Source of the DNA: a virus
Lineage: Duplodnaviria > Heunggongvirae > Uroviricota > Caudoviricetes
IMG/VR virus record: IMGVR_UViG_3300049211_000031
Span: 64,946-128,945 of that record
Length of the DNA: 64,000 bases
Strand: one strand, 5' to 3'
Positions 9,592 through 19,120 of this stretch are shown here, piece by piece. The notes beneath the pieces are model-generated. The model made no database searches, was not told where the DNA came from, and was given only the letters and a program-made list of their open reading frames with translations. Each line of letters begins with the position of its first letter. The stretch's first letter is position 1. The translations under genes were made by a program, and so were the position numbers.

Positions 9592-9902
9592 TATGCAAGA
9601 TGTTTACCTTCTACTCCCCGCTGAACTCTGTTTTTTGTTCTCTCGTTTAACCAAATAAGGGCTTGTTGAAGATTACTAATAGCATACTCGTTTTCCTTAC
9701 AAGGAAACTTCCCTTGTAAATATTCCATTCTGTTAATGAGAACTTCTAGCACATCTTCGTTAGTTGTACCGTCTGCTACTGTTACTAAGTATTGATCAGA
9801 ACCAACTAATTCTTTTTGAATGAATTGTAATGTTTGACCTTCTTTTTCTTTATTCTCGAAATTATCGAGTTCGTATTTGTGTCCTTCTACTTTTATTTTC
9901 AT
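9591..9902 (-). CDS. Hypothetical protein
   Basis: 103-aa ORF tiling the operon. Confidence 0.5.
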   Translation of the reverse strand: MKIKVEGHKYELDNFENKEKEGQTLQFIQKELVGSDQYLVTVADGTTNEDVLEVLINRMEYLQGKFPCKENEYAISNLQQALIWLNERTKNRVQRGVEGKHLA

Positions 9903-9917
9903 TTGTTGTATATTTAA

Positions 9918-12560
9918 TTATCCACATTTTGAGCTGCCACATTCTAAACATGTTCCACAGCCTTCTTCAAATTTTACATTGGATGAGCCACATTCAGAAC
10001 ATTTATAACGTTCTAAAAGCTCTTTTTCAGGAATGTATTTCTTTAAGGTACGAGCTAAGGCTTTACCAAAGCTTACTACCTCTAAGGGACATTTATCAAT
10101 TTGTTCAATAATGAACTTAGGGTTGACACCATGACGCATCATTCCCGATACTAGGCGTGTAAGAACCTGTTCGTCAACATGTGCGTCGCGATTTTGTATA
10201 TTTTCAATTGTCCGTCCTTTATCGTAAGTAAAGCTGTAGTGTCCTTTCTTGACTTTAGTGACAATACCCTTCCCATTTGTTGGTTTTTCGTCCTCTTCTT
10301 CGGAGCTAAAGGCAAATACCTCATACGGTTTATTATTTAAAAGTCCAACAATTACAGCATAAGAGTTACCCTTCACTCTAATAGAGTGACATTCAGCCTC
10401 TAATGACTTAGGACGTTTTGGAGCATCGTGATAAACCAAATCATTCCCGTCACTAGACTTGCTTGTAACAAGCACGCCACTACGAGAACCATCACGATAT
10501 ACAGTAACTCCTTTAAGACCAGCTTTCCACGCTTTAAAGTATATGTCAGATACTGTTTGTTTTGATACATCTTTTGGTAAATTTAAGGTTGAACTAATAG
10601 CATTTGTGGTGTATTTCTGGATAATTGATTGAATTTCAATACGCTTCTCCCATGAAATATCATTTGCACAACTTCCATAGTATGGAGAGTTTTCAAATAA
10701 GTACTGCATCTCCTCTTTAGTCATATTTTCAATTTCCTTATCCTCGAAAAGATTCATGTGTTGTCTATTGATATCGTACCATTCTTTAAATCCACCCATT
10801 ACTACAGGATAAGTCATCCAACAATCCCCGTTCTGATCTTTGAAGTCAACACGAGCATCTTTATCAGAAGGATTCACTTTTTTATTTCTAAAGTGGTAAG
10901 GCAAGAAGCAAGGCTCAAGTCCCCCAGTAGTGTTAGAATACTTAATGAGGAGAGCTACAATACTTACAGTACCAGTAGGTGCTACGGTAGACCAACTTAC
11001 GTTACGTCTTCCGTAGACAAACATTCTCTCTACCTGTTCAGGAAACTCTTTACAAAGCATCTGATAGAAAGAGTTCAGTCCTACAATCTGTCTTTTCTCA
11101 TTGAGGAAGCCTTCACCAAGCTCTAAATCTCTATCCCATCCAGTAAATGTTCCACGTAGTATAGCTAGGTCAATAGTACAATCTAGCTCTGCTCGCATTT
11201 TAGCCTTCATTACTTCTTCAGTAACCTTGAGAGCTTCATCAGAATCATATTTCAATCCTAATGCTGCCAACATGTCACCAAGAGCAGTGAATCCACAACC
11301 AGTCCGCCTAGAAGCAGAAGCCGTTTCTTTTACTTTCTCCCAAAGATTAAGCTCTGTGGCTTTAATATCATCGGGTTCTGGATCAGCCTTAATTTTAGCG
11401 ATAATCTTGTCTACATACTCGATTTCGAGGTCAACAATATCATCTGCTAAACGTTGTTGAATATAGAATACTTCGTATACTTTTTCATAGTCAATACTCG
11501 CGTTCCTCGTAAACGGATTACGAACAAAGCTAAATAGATTGACCGCAAGCAATCTACAGGCGTCATAAGCTTGTAACCATTGCTCACCGCATGGATTGGA
11601 AGCAATAGCTCTAAATACTTCATAGACACCTTCTGGAGAATAATCTTGTACTCGATCCATGAAAGCTACGCCGGGTTCAGCATTCTCCCATGCCATCTCT
11701 ACGATAAGGTCAAAGACTTCACGAGCTTTCACTTTCATTGCTGCAATTTCGCCTTTACCTTCTACCTTTATATTTACGATAGTATTATAAGCAGCACCTT
11801 CAAGCTCATCAATACTTACACTAGCATCAATAGGAAAACGACATACAAAATCGCTATCCTTTTCTACAGCATTCATAAATTCATCCACTATCTGAACACT
11901 TACATTGGCTCCTGTTACCTGTGTGCGGTCTTTCTTCTTGATAATGAACTGTCTAACATCAGGGTGTAGAATGCTCATTAGAAGCATTAAAGCTCCTCGT
12001 CTTCCATTTTGAGCAACTTCGCGTGTAGTGTTCGAAAACCTAGACATAAAGCTATGTGCGCCAGTAGAAGTACCGGCAGCGTTAAGCACAACAGCATCAT
12101 CATATCGAAGTTTGTTAAGAGTTGTGCCGACTCCTCCTCTACGCTTTTCGAGTTGGGCGATTTCTTGGTCTGCTTTGAATATTCCTCCATAAGAATCAAG
12201 TGGTTCTGGTACAACAAAACAATTAGATAGAGACTGTAACTTATAATGGTTACCAAGTCCAGACATAATAGACCCCTGAGGTATTATCCATTTGAACTTG
12301 TGTAGGTACTCCATTATCTCAGCCGCACTAAGTGCTCTAAAATGGTCTTTACCAAATGTAGATAGAGCTCCATAATTTAATGGTCTGCCATCCATATACC
12401 TCTCTTCTGCTCTAGCTAATTCTCTTGCCATGCGAACATGCATGTCGTAAGGTGTTGTTTCTACAACCTCTTTTTTCTCATTCTTTAGTGCATACTTACC
12501 ATACCATACTGATGCTGAAAGTTCGTCGCCGTTAAAATAGTCTAATAGTTCTTTCGTCAT
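9918..12560 (-). CDS. nrdJ: Ribonucleotide reductase, class II (adenosylcobalamin-dependent), with C-terminal zinc ribbon
   Basis: Active-site 'SNPCGEQ' motif; 880 aa; C-terminal CxxC…CxxC…CxxC 'CSECGSSNVKFEEGCGTCLECGSSKCG'. Confidence 0.85.
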   Translation of the reverse strand: MTKELLDYFNGDELSASVWYGKYALKNEKKEVVETTPYDMHVRMARELARAEERYMDGRPLNYGALSTFGKDHFRALSAAEIMEYLHKFKWIIPQGSIMSGLGNHYKLQSLSNCFVVPEPLDSYGGIFKADQEIAQLEKRRGGVGTTLNKLRYDDAVVLNAAGTSTGAHSFMSRFSNTTREVAQNGRRGALMLLMSILHPDVRQFIIKKKDRTQVTGANVSVQIVDEFMNAVEKDSDFVCRFPIDASVSIDELEGAAYNTIVNIKVEGKGEIAAMKVKAREVFDLIVEMAWENAEPGVAFMDRVQDYSPEGVYEVFRAIASNPCGEQWLQAYDACRLLAVNLFSFVRNPFTRNASIDYEKVYEVFYIQQRLADDIVDLEIEYVDKIIAKIKADPEPDDIKATELNLWEKVKETASASRRTGCGFTALGDMLAALGLKYDSDEALKVTEEVMKAKMRAELDCTIDLAILRGTFTGWDRDLELGEGFLNEKRQIVGLNSFYQMLCKEFPEQVERMFVYGRRNVSWSTVAPTGTVSIVALLIKYSNTTGGLEPCFLPYHFRNKKVNPSDKDARVDFKDQNGDCWMTYPVVMGGFKEWYDINRQHMNLFEDKEIENMTKEEMQYLFENSPYYGSCANDISWEKRIEIQSIIQKYTTNAISSTLNLPKDVSKQTVSDIYFKAWKAGLKGVTVYRDGSRSGVLVTSKSSDGNDLVYHDAPKRPKSLEAECHSIRVKGNSYAVIVGLLNNKPYEVFAFSSEEEDEKPTNGKGIVTKVKKGHYSFTYDKGRTIENIQNRDAHVDEQVLTRLVSGMMRHGVNPKFIIEQIDKCPLEVVSFGKALARTLKKYIPEKELLERYKCSECGSSNVKFEEGCGTCLECGSSKCG

Positions 12561-12630
12561 TAATTATATAAAAAATTTAGCTTGCAAAAATAATCAAATC
12601 AATTGAGAGAAAAAAATTTATTAAAAATAT

Positions 12631-12661
12631 TTTGTAATATCGTTTATTCATCTTACCTTTG
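12631..12661 (+). promoter_or_regulatory. Bacteroidota-type promoter (TTTG – 19 nt – TACCTTTG) for the rightward two-gene unit
   Basis: TTTG at 12631–12634 and TACCTTTG at 12654–12661, in the divergent intergenic region; ATG at 12679. Confidence 0.5.
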
Positions 12662-12678
12662 TGTAACATAAGTTGATT

Positions 12679-13143
12679 ATGGCTCAAAGAAAAAACAAAG
12701 AACGTAAACAAAAATTATTAAAATACAAAAAATCAAAAGTAATGAGTGAATCAAAAGCGCCTGAAATGAGACCGTTCCGCCAAGTACCAAACTGGTCAAG
12801 TACTGAAAAGTTTGATATAAATGGTGAAGAACTAGGTGCATTGTATAATTTTTTCAATATCTTCGCACCAGCCTATACTGCTTTCCAGCAAGTGTTTGCC
12901 CGTGGTTATAAGTCAGGTAAGGTGACAGTTTCATACGAGGATTTAGAGGGTAACCCTATTCATAACGATGAAATTGAGCAGTTTACACAGAAGTTGAATG
13001 AACATTTTCAGGCAGAGAATGCGAAAAAAGAAGGTAAAGTGATAGATGGAGATGTTCCATCGCAAAATGCGAAAATCGTGTCATTTACAGGCGAGAGATT
13101 AACTAAGGAACAAGTCGATTCGACTCTTCCATTAGAAGACTAA
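12679..13143 (+). CDS. Hypothetical protein
   Basis: The ORF track starts at TTG 12673; ATG at 12679 is the more likely start, 17 nt after the -7 element. Confidence 0.5.
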   Translation: MAQRKNKERKQKLLKYKKSKVMSESKAPEMRPFRQVPNWSSTEKFDINGEELGALYNFFNIFAPAYTAFQQVFARGYKSGKVTVSYEDLEGNPIHNDEIEQFTQKLNEHFQAENAKKEGKVIDGDVPSQNAKIVSFTGERLTKEQVDSTLPLED

Positions 13144-13553
13144 TGAAAGAAGTCTGGAAAGACATTAAAGGTTATGAGAAACTCTATCAGGTGTCAAATC
13201 TTGGTAGAGTTTCTTCTTTGCGTTTTAGCAAGCCTAAGATTCTTAAAACAAGAATTAAAAATGGTTATGAATATATTAATTTAGGTATTGATAATAAACG
13301 TAAAACCTTTCTAGTTCATAGACTTATAGCAGAAACCTTTATAGAAAATCCAAATCCTGATTTATATACACAAGTACATCATATAAACAGTATCAGAAAT
13401 GATAACCGAGTAGAGAATTTACTTTGGTGTACACAAATTCAGAACTTGGATTTTATAAATAGAAATCTTTTACATAAGGTAATCTCCAATATTCTCAGAA
13501 ATAATCCAGAAATTGTAGATATTCCTTCTTTATTACTCTATTTAAGCAAATAA
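13143..13553 (+). CDS. HNH homing endonuclease (NUMOD4 + HNH_3)
   Basis: 'YEKLYQVSNLGRVSS' NUMOD4 motif; 'VHRLIAETFIENP…VHHINSIRNDNRVENLLW' HNH_3 motif. Opposite orientation to the surrounding operon and adjacent to nrdJ. Confidence 0.8.
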   Translation: MKEVWKDIKGYEKLYQVSNLGRVSSLRFSKPKILKTRIKNGYEYINLGIDNKRKTFLVHRLIAETFIENPNPDLYTQVHHINSIRNDNRVENLLWCTQIQNLDFINRNLLHKVISNILRNNPEIVDIPSLLLYLSK

Positions 13554-13566
13554 AGTCCCCCTTTTT

Positions 13567-13857
13567 TTATCTTAAATTTTCATAAGCACTAATAACAGTC
13601 TGTATGTGCTCAACTTCTGAAGGATCAAGTTTTCGCACAGTGTATTTATAGGCTTGAGAATTGTACCCATCTTCACTTCCGCGAAGATCGTCCTCATCAA
13701 CGTATTCTTCTCCATCGAGATACTTACCTTCAGGTGTAGTTTTATACCAATCACTATCAGTTATAAACTTTTTTATTCCACCTTTATCAGGAGAACCATG
13801 TGGGTCAACAAAATAAGTTGTTTGAGTTACTAGGAATCTATCGTCTGTTTTTGCCAT
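13567..13857 (-). CDS. Hypothetical protein
   Basis: 96-aa ORF. Confidence 0.5.
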   Translation of the reverse strand: MAKTDDRFLVTQTTYFVDPHGSPDKGGIKKFITDSDWYKTTPEGKYLDGEEYVDEDDLRGSEDGYNSQAYKYTVRKLDPSEVEHIQTVISAYENLR

Positions 13858-13865
13858 AATTTATT

Positions 13866-14036
13866 TTATTGTAACCAAGACCAGTCGTTATCAATAAAGT
13901 CCGGAAAATCTTCTTCTAATTCATCTTCTGGAAAAAGATCGTCGTCATCAATATTACTGTCTTCTACTAAAATATCGGTGTCATCATAATCTTGAAGGAA
14001 TGATGAGAATGGTGAATTTTCTTCGAAATAGTTCAT
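13866..14036 (-). CDS. Small highly acidic protein (56 aa)
   Basis: Not in the ORF track. MNYFEENSPFSSFLQDYDDTDILVEDSNIDDDDLFPEDELEEDFPDFIDNDWSWLQ, about 40% Asp/Glu. It fits exactly between two flanking genes with no overlap. Confidence 0.45.
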   Translation of the reverse strand: MNYFEENSPFSSFLQDYDDTDILVEDSNIDDDDLFPEDELEEDFPDFIDNDWSWLQ

Positions 14037-14040
14037 AATA

Positions 14041-15177
14041 TTAATTCTCCAATGCTACATCTGTATGAGTAGCCCTTAAAAATTTACGAATGTCTGTATT
14101 AAGTTCTTTTAAATATTGTTTTTCGATAACATCTTCTGGAAGACTACTGCGAAGGAATGCCTCATCAATGGCTGTTATTTTTTCCTGAGCATGTTTTAGA
14201 ATATCCTCAAGATTGTGTTTTCCGTGACGTATCTCTTTCAAATACTCAGCGTTCTGGCGTCTTACAATGAGTTCACCATATTCTGCAATATCAAGAGCAG
14301 TCTCAATTAGACGTATGCAATGAAGCATGTTTTTACCATCTATTTGTTGACCATGATTCTCAATATCTACATACCTCTGAGTATTACGGTTTTTCAACCA
14401 TGTTTGGTATTCGTTATAAGCCTTACAATGCTGGGTATATCCGTCTTTGTTAAAGTACATTATACCAATACCATACGCGTCTTCAGGAATAGAGGATAGA
14501 GAAATATCGTTAGATGTGCTCTCATCTTGTACTATTCCTCGAAACATATATTTAGCATCATGAAACAGGTTGTACAAATCCCGAGTATGAGGAATTGCGG
14601 CTACTCCCATTAGTTTAATCTGACTGAGAGCAAAGGTTTTCTTCATGGGGTAGGTTTTGTACTTTTCATCTGTACTTGGTTCCATTGAATTACTTATAAA
14701 GTAACAGAAGTCCAAAACAGATTTACGTTCAATCTTTTCTTTCTCCCAGTTCATTTTCTTATTTAGCCCTTTGGCCTTCTCAATCTGAGAGATAGCATAT
14801 CCTCCAAAAGAGAGTCTACACTTTTTAGTTAAGAAGCTATTTCTCTGACGTATTATCATATCAAACACCTTGTGTTTGTATATAATCATGTCTTCAGGAC
14901 TAAATAATAGTTCAAGAATGGTAGGGTTAGCCTTCTCAGCTAATTCCAGAAACCTTGACAACTCATAGGCTGTTTCATCTTTAGAAATGTTAATTTGTGG
15001 GCGTGGACCATTAATAAAATAGTCATCCGCGCTTTGAACATATATCCATTTCTTATCAATATCAGATCCTTCAACGTTTGTACCGTAGGCATGAGAGCCT
15101 ACGATACACCCGAAGATAATTGTATTTCCGTTGCCTAATTTAGGAAGATCAGGCGATGAATTCCTTGCTATTACCAT
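14041..15177 (-). CDS. Pol-beta-superfamily nucleotidyltransferase (function unknown)
   Basis: 'GCIVGSHAYGTNVEGSDIDKKWIY' is a G[GS]x9-13[DE]h[DE]h nucleotidyltransferase motif of the MNT / OAS / cGAS-DncV style; about 250 aa of helical C-terminus. Confidence 0.6.
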   Translation of the reverse strand: MVIARNSSPDLPKLGNGNTIIFGCIVGSHAYGTNVEGSDIDKKWIYVQSADDYFINGPRPQINISKDETAYELSRFLELAEKANPTILELLFSPEDMIIYKHKVFDMIIRQRNSFLTKKCRLSFGGYAISQIEKAKGLNKKMNWEKEKIERKSVLDFCYFISNSMEPSTDEKYKTYPMKKTFALSQIKLMGVAAIPHTRDLYNLFHDAKYMFRGIVQDESTSNDISLSSIPEDAYGIGIMYFNKDGYTQHCKAYNEYQTWLKNRNTQRYVDIENHGQQIDGKNMLHCIRLIETALDIAEYGELIVRRQNAEYLKEIRHGKHNLEDILKHAQEKITAIDEAFLRSSLPEDVIEKQYLKELNTDIRKFLRATHTDVALEN

Positions 15178-16255
15178 AATATTTTTCCTCCTTTATTTTA
15201 GGCATTTCTTTGTACTTTCTTCGTAATTTTTTCTTAGGATAAAGTGCTGGTATAGGAATACCATTTCTTTCAAGATATCTCCATAAACTGTCTCTACTTG
15301 CCCATTTGACACGAAGATTATCGCGATAATAGTCTGTATTTAGAATACGACTATCAGCATACTCATTTACCCATATACCACCAGATCGAGTTTTATTGAC
15401 TATAACACCATGTCTTGCATCATAAGCAGGAGATATTTGAGTACCATTAATAGTTACTATTAAGAAGCGAACGCTTTCTGCTGTCATGTTATAGTCTCTT
15501 CCGCCTATTGATCCAGTGGGTTGTAACTCAGCAGCATCATATACAGGACGTCTATTTCCGTCTATGTTTAACATGCCTGCTGGACGTACTCCTTGAATAG
15601 TATATCTTGCGATTTCGTCTGCTGTTGCGGATTCTACCTCATTATATACAATATTGCTAGTTGGAGTAGAAGGATTAGGTAATGGTGGAACAGGTATAGA
15701 ACGAGCACTGCGTCTTAATGGTTGAGGATCTGTTGTTGTTGGACGAGTAGTATTCCACACAGATACTCTTATAGATTGCTCTAACCTTTGTCTGAACTCT
15801 TCGTCGCTTACGTTACCAGCTATAATGCTTTCCAGTTCATCGCCTCTTTGTTGCTGAGGAATCTCTTCTGCCTGTTCTTCAGCGTCATCATCATCACTTA
15901 GACCTTCATCAAATATATTTTCACTATCTTCTTCATTTTCATCCTCTGGTATAGGAATAGCTGTACTTGTTTCTCCAGCAGTACCCCATATAAAGGCATT
16001 TTCAGGACGAATGTATGTCATTTGTCCTGTTGTTCTACGAACTTCTTGAGGTTGTTCTTCGACAACATCTTCATTGTGTATTGTAAAATTATCTCCATTG
16101 TATAGAGAGAAGGGCTCATTTACTCGGACAGTGTATGTGTCTCTCTCTGAGCCATTATCACTATCCTCTAATATATCTATAATTATACCTCTCATGGATA
16201 TATTACCTATCCGTGGGGTGAATCTTACATTTTGTTCAATTCGATAAAGTGACAT
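15149..16255 (-). CDS. Hypothetical protein with acidic low-complexity segment
   Basis: 368 aa; 'EDENEEDSENIFDEGLSDDDDAEEQAEE' tract and Pro/Thr-rich linker. Confidence 0.5.
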   Translation of the reverse strand: MSLYRIEQNVRFTPRIGNISMRGIIIDILEDSDNGSERDTYTVRVNEPFSLYNGDNFTIHNEDVVEEQPQEVRRTTGQMTYIRPENAFIWGTAGETSTAIPIPEDENEEDSENIFDEGLSDDDDAEEQAEEIPQQQRGDELESIIAGNVSDEEFRQRLEQSIRVSVWNTTRPTTTDPQPLRRSARSIPVPPLPNPSTPTSNIVYNEVESATADEIARYTIQGVRPAGMLNIDGNRRPVYDAAELQPTGSIGGRDYNMTAESVRFLIVTINGTQISPAYDARHGVIVNKTRSGGIWVNEYADSRILNTDYYRDNLRVKWASRDSLWRYLERNGIPIPALYPKKKLRRKYKEMPKIKEEKYYGNSKEFIA

Positions 16256-16258
16256 AAC

Positions 16259-16999
16259 TTATTGCTTTTCATTTGTGGGTTTTAACCAAAGATTGGTTTT
16301 TGTAAAAATATAGTTTCTAAGCTTTCCAAACTCTAGAAGGTAATTTAATGTTCTATTTGTGTTATATTTAAAGCATTTATATAACTCTTCTCGAATTCTT
16401 TCTTCGGAAACAACTCCAAATCTTTCCTCGTAATTGAAGCTGTGAAGCATTCTTTGAATGTTGTAATCAATTTCAAAACCTTTTGTAATTGCAAACCTCA
16501 CTGCTCTCAAAAGTCGTAGAGGGTCATCAGAGAAAGTAATGCTTCCGTCAATAGGAGTTCTTAATAACTTTTTCTTAATATCCTCTTGTCCTCCAAATGG
16601 ATCAATAATATTTCCTGTAAGAGGATCTTTTGCCATAGCATTAACTGTAAAATCTCTACGAGCTAAATCCTCCTCTAGAGTTCCAGGAACAACAATTGGA
16701 GTACGAGTTCCTTCCTCGTATCCTATTTCTCTTCGAGCTAATACAAAATCAGCAATGAGAACACCAGCAGCCATTTTAGCTCGTATTGTATAAGCTCTAG
16801 GTGTGATGAGATAAATCTCATATCCTCTTAATTTAATATCCTCAACAAGAAGATTAAACACATCTTCTACAGAAGAATTTTTTGTTATTCTATCAAAGTT
16901 TGGAACAGCAACATAATCAATGTCTTTGGATTCTATTCCAAGAAGCTCATCTCTTATCTTACCACCTACTTCATAGAAATGGAATGATCCTTTATACAT
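16259..16999 (-). CDS. tRNA nucleotidyltransferase (class II CCA-adding / poly(A) polymerase family, head domain)
   Basis: 'VGGKIRDELLGIESKDIDY' (GGxVRD motif) and 'LARRDFTVNAMA' (RRD motif) are diagnostic of class II CCA enzymes; 246 aa, a minimal version. Confidence 0.8.
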   Translation of the reverse strand: MYKGSFHFYEVGGKIRDELLGIESKDIDYVAVPNFDRITKNSSVEDVFNLLVEDIKLRGYEIYLITPRAYTIRAKMAAGVLIADFVLARREIGYEEGTRTPIVVPGTLEEDLARRDFTVNAMAKDPLTGNIIDPFGGQEDIKKKLLRTPIDGSITFSDDPLRLLRAVRFAITKGFEIDYNIQRMLHSFNYEERFGVVSEERIREELYKCFKYNTNRTLNYLLEFGKLRNYIFTKTNLWLKPTNEKQ

Positions 17000-17225
17000 T
17001 TTTAATAATTTGTACTGTCTGATAATTATTTTTGTGTGCTATGTCCAGAAAAGCTGCAAGGTTGAACAGAGCTTGGTGAGAATTAGCATCACCAATTCTC
17101 ACATCTGTTCTTATCATCCAATATCTCTCGCAATTCTTTCCTCCTCCAACATCCTCAGAGGTCATCCAGTTTAAAACATCTTCTGTGGTTTGTACCTGCG
17201 AGAAAGGTAGTTGGAAAATTCTCAT
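16992..17225 (-). CDS. Hypothetical protein
   Basis: 77-aa ORF. Confidence 0.4.
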   Translation of the reverse strand: MRIFQLPFSQVQTTEDVLNWMTSEDVGGGKNCERYWMIRTDVRIGDANSHQALFNLAAFLDIAHKNNYQTVQIIKNV

Positions 17226-17235
17226 TTTGTAGAGT

Positions 17236-17424
17236 TTAACATGAATAATCGCATTTTCCTGTAATTTGGCAATATGTGCTGCAATATCCAGATGTATTAC
17301 CCTTTATTTGACTAATGCATTCTTCGTTTTTGCAAACATGTACGTCCTCGGATTTACAATGCTTTTCAAGTTCTTCCTCTTTACAGTATTCTCCACAGAA
17401 ATAACATTCGTATTTGTTATTCAT
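17236..17424 (-). CDS. Cys-rich zinc-ribbon-like small protein
   Basis: 62 aa with more than 12 Cys in CxxC pairs. Confidence 0.45.
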   Translation of the reverse strand: MNNKYECYFCGEYCKEEELEKHCKSEDVHVCKNEECISQIKGNTSGYCSTYCQITGKCDYSC

Positions 17425-18014
17425 CGTACATTTGTTTCAGATGAATGATGGTCTGGAAAAGCAGTTGGGCGATCTTCTAATAGAAGCGCTACTTCATCAA
17501 ATGAGAATGGACGATATTCCTTAAATATTCGGTAACAATTATCTATCCCAACATCCATAGATCTTCCCCATGGAGTTCTTTCAAGACTTCCATGGGAATG
17601 CCCATAAGCATGAAAATATCCTTTGTGGCTACCTTCCCAAACACGGCAAGAATAATGATGAAGATAAATACCTTGTTTATTTACATAGATGAGTTTTCCT
17701 GCACTAATTGATGAGAAGAATTCTGAATATTTAGGGATGTGTTCATCGTGGTTTCCTAAAACAATATGGATGTTTTCGCAAACAATACGTCGCCGATAAT
17801 CTGGGATTTTGTGGTGCCCTCCCATAGCAAAGTCTCCTACAATATAGAGAACATCTTTTTGTCCTACAACTTGGTTAATATTGTCAATAATAAGAGCATC
17901 CATTTCTTCTACAGAATCAAAGTTTCGATACCCTGTTTTCCATGTGGATGTTTTTGGACCAGCTATGTTTCGATGTCCTAGATGTAAATCCGATGTTAAA
18001 AAAATATTCTGCAT
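17421..18014 (-). CDS. Calcineurin-like metallophosphoesterase (putative 2',3'-phosphatase of RNA repair)
   Basis: 'DLHLGH', 'GDFAMGG', 'GNHDE' metallophosphoesterase motifs. The ORF-track start at 18116 overlaps the upstream gene; the internal ATG at 18014 (MQNIFLTSDLHLGH) abuts the upstream stop. Confidence 0.75.
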   Translation of the reverse strand: MQNIFLTSDLHLGHRNIAGPKTSTWKTGYRNFDSVEEMDALIIDNINQVVGQKDVLYIVGDFAMGGHHKIPDYRRRIVCENIHIVLGNHDEHIPKYSEFFSSISAGKLIYVNKQGIYLHHYSCRVWEGSHKGYFHAYGHSHGSLERTPWGRSMDVGIDNCYRIFKEYRPFSFDEVALLLEDRPTAFPDHHSSETNVR

Positions 18015-18015
18015 A

Positions 18016-18297
18016 CTAATAATTATAATGAAATAGAAGTATAGCTTTAATGTATCTTCGATCAATAAGCATAACACCATTATAGGCGCACATAACTTTG
18101 AGATAATTTCCATCAACTCTCATTTTCGTAGGCTTTATGTAGATGTCATCTTTTCTTTTAGCCCACTCCTTTACTGTATGGGAGGCTGCTGGCATATATT
18201 TTACAGCTTTTGGAGACAACCAAATATGACCTCTCATCTGAAGGTTAAAATGCTTACCGTAAAACTCTCGGACCCTAGCAAATTCTTTAGAAGTCAT
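18016..18297 (-). CDS. Hypothetical protein
   Basis: 93-aa ORF. Confidence 0.45.
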   Translation of the reverse strand: MTSKEFARVREFYGKHFNLQMRGHIWLSPKAVKYMPAASHTVKEWAKRKDDIYIKPTKMRVDGNYLKVMCAYNGVMLIDRRYIKAILLFHYNY

Positions 18298-18802
18298 TTG
18301 AAATCAAGTGTTTGTATTTGTCCTTGTTAATTTTGTTATAACTTTGGTACTTTTCTTTCATAACTTTGAAAGGAACCCATTTACCTGTCTTTACTCTACG
18401 CCATATATTGCGTAAATTAGCCTTCCATAAAGGAATATCCAGGAATTTTACATAAATACTCATCTTCTTGCTTGAGTGCATTCCTCTGAAGATTGTGAGA
18501 TATTTATCTATGCCAGATTCTCTACAATGAGTGTTATCAAGGATAATTACAGCCTTTTTGAAAGTAGAGGCTACCCCCATTTGTTTATAAAACTCCTTAG
18601 TAACTTCTGCTTCTTTCGCTTTAGAATAGTCATACTTCTTGCCGTATTTCGCTAAACGGATAGTATCACGACTTATTATAATGACAGGAGCACAATTATA
18701 CTTTAAATATAAATATTCTGTCATTCTCTTACTCCATGTACTCTTGCCTGCACATGGCATACCTGAGAGGATAATTAGCACTAAATTGTCTTGTTCTTGC
18801 AT
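18287..18802 (-). CDS. P-loop polynucleotide 5'-kinase (T4 Pnk-like kinase domain)
   Basis: Walker A 'SGMPCAGKST', 'IISRDTIR' (catalytic-Asp RD motif of Pnk), 'VIILDNTH' (DNTN-like Walker B). Confidence 0.65.
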   Translation of the reverse strand: MQEQDNLVLIILSGMPCAGKSTWSKRMTEYLYLKYNCAPVIIISRDTIRLAKYGKKYDYSKAKEAEVTKEFYKQMGVASTFKKAVIILDNTHCRESGIDKYLTIFRGMHSSKKMSIYVKFLDIPLWKANLRNIWRRVKTGKWVPFKVMKEKYQSYNKINKDKYKHLISNDF

Positions 18803-18814
18803 AGATGAAAAGTA

Positions 18815-19120
18815 TTAAAGGTCGTTAAAACTATATGTTGCTACGGTTTCTCTTTTACGGCTATTAATTCGCCTGTTTAAGAAAACAAATGGAGTACCTA
18901 TTTTATAATAGGCCTTTAGGGCAGTACCGTCCCAATTGTTTTCTATTTTGTTTAATTCAATAAGGTGTAGAAATTTGTCACGAATTTCTTTACGTTGAGC
19001 ATAGGGCAAGGTTTTGGGAATCTTTATTGCTGCAAAACCTCTCTGCAACACAAGTTTAGCCTGTGTTGCAGATTCTTCTAAAATGAAAATGTTCATGTTA
19101 TTCTGATTGTTGTGTCTCAA
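18815..19120 (-). CDS. Hypothetical protein
   Basis: 101-aa ORF. Confidence 0.45.
   Translation of the reverse strand: MRHNNQNNMNIFILEESATQAKLVLQRGFAAIKIPKTLPYAQRKEIRDKFLHLIELNKIENNWDGTALKAYYKIGTPFVFLNRRINSRKRETVATYSFNDL

Noticed and set aside
9830-12230. Several + strand ORFs (9830–10111, 10758–11126, 11101–11460, 11580–11969, 12009–12230) inside the nrdJ region
   Set aside because: They lie antisense to a gene with strong class II ribonucleotide reductase motifs, and are low-complexity with no motifs. They are shadow ORFs.
13554-13573. AAAGTCCCCC-T7 after the HNH gene looked like a terminator
   Set aside because: There is no complementary arm to pair with GTCCCCC, only a U-tract, so it was not called.
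18287-18802. The Pnk-like P-loop kinase could instead be a 5-hydroxymethyluracil DNA kinase (5-HMUDK), which is also Pnk-related
   Set aside because: It is flanked by an RNA ligase and a 2',3'-phosphoesterase, and a CCA enzyme lies nearby, so RNA repair is the more parsimonious reading. This was kept as an alternative in the findings rather than called.
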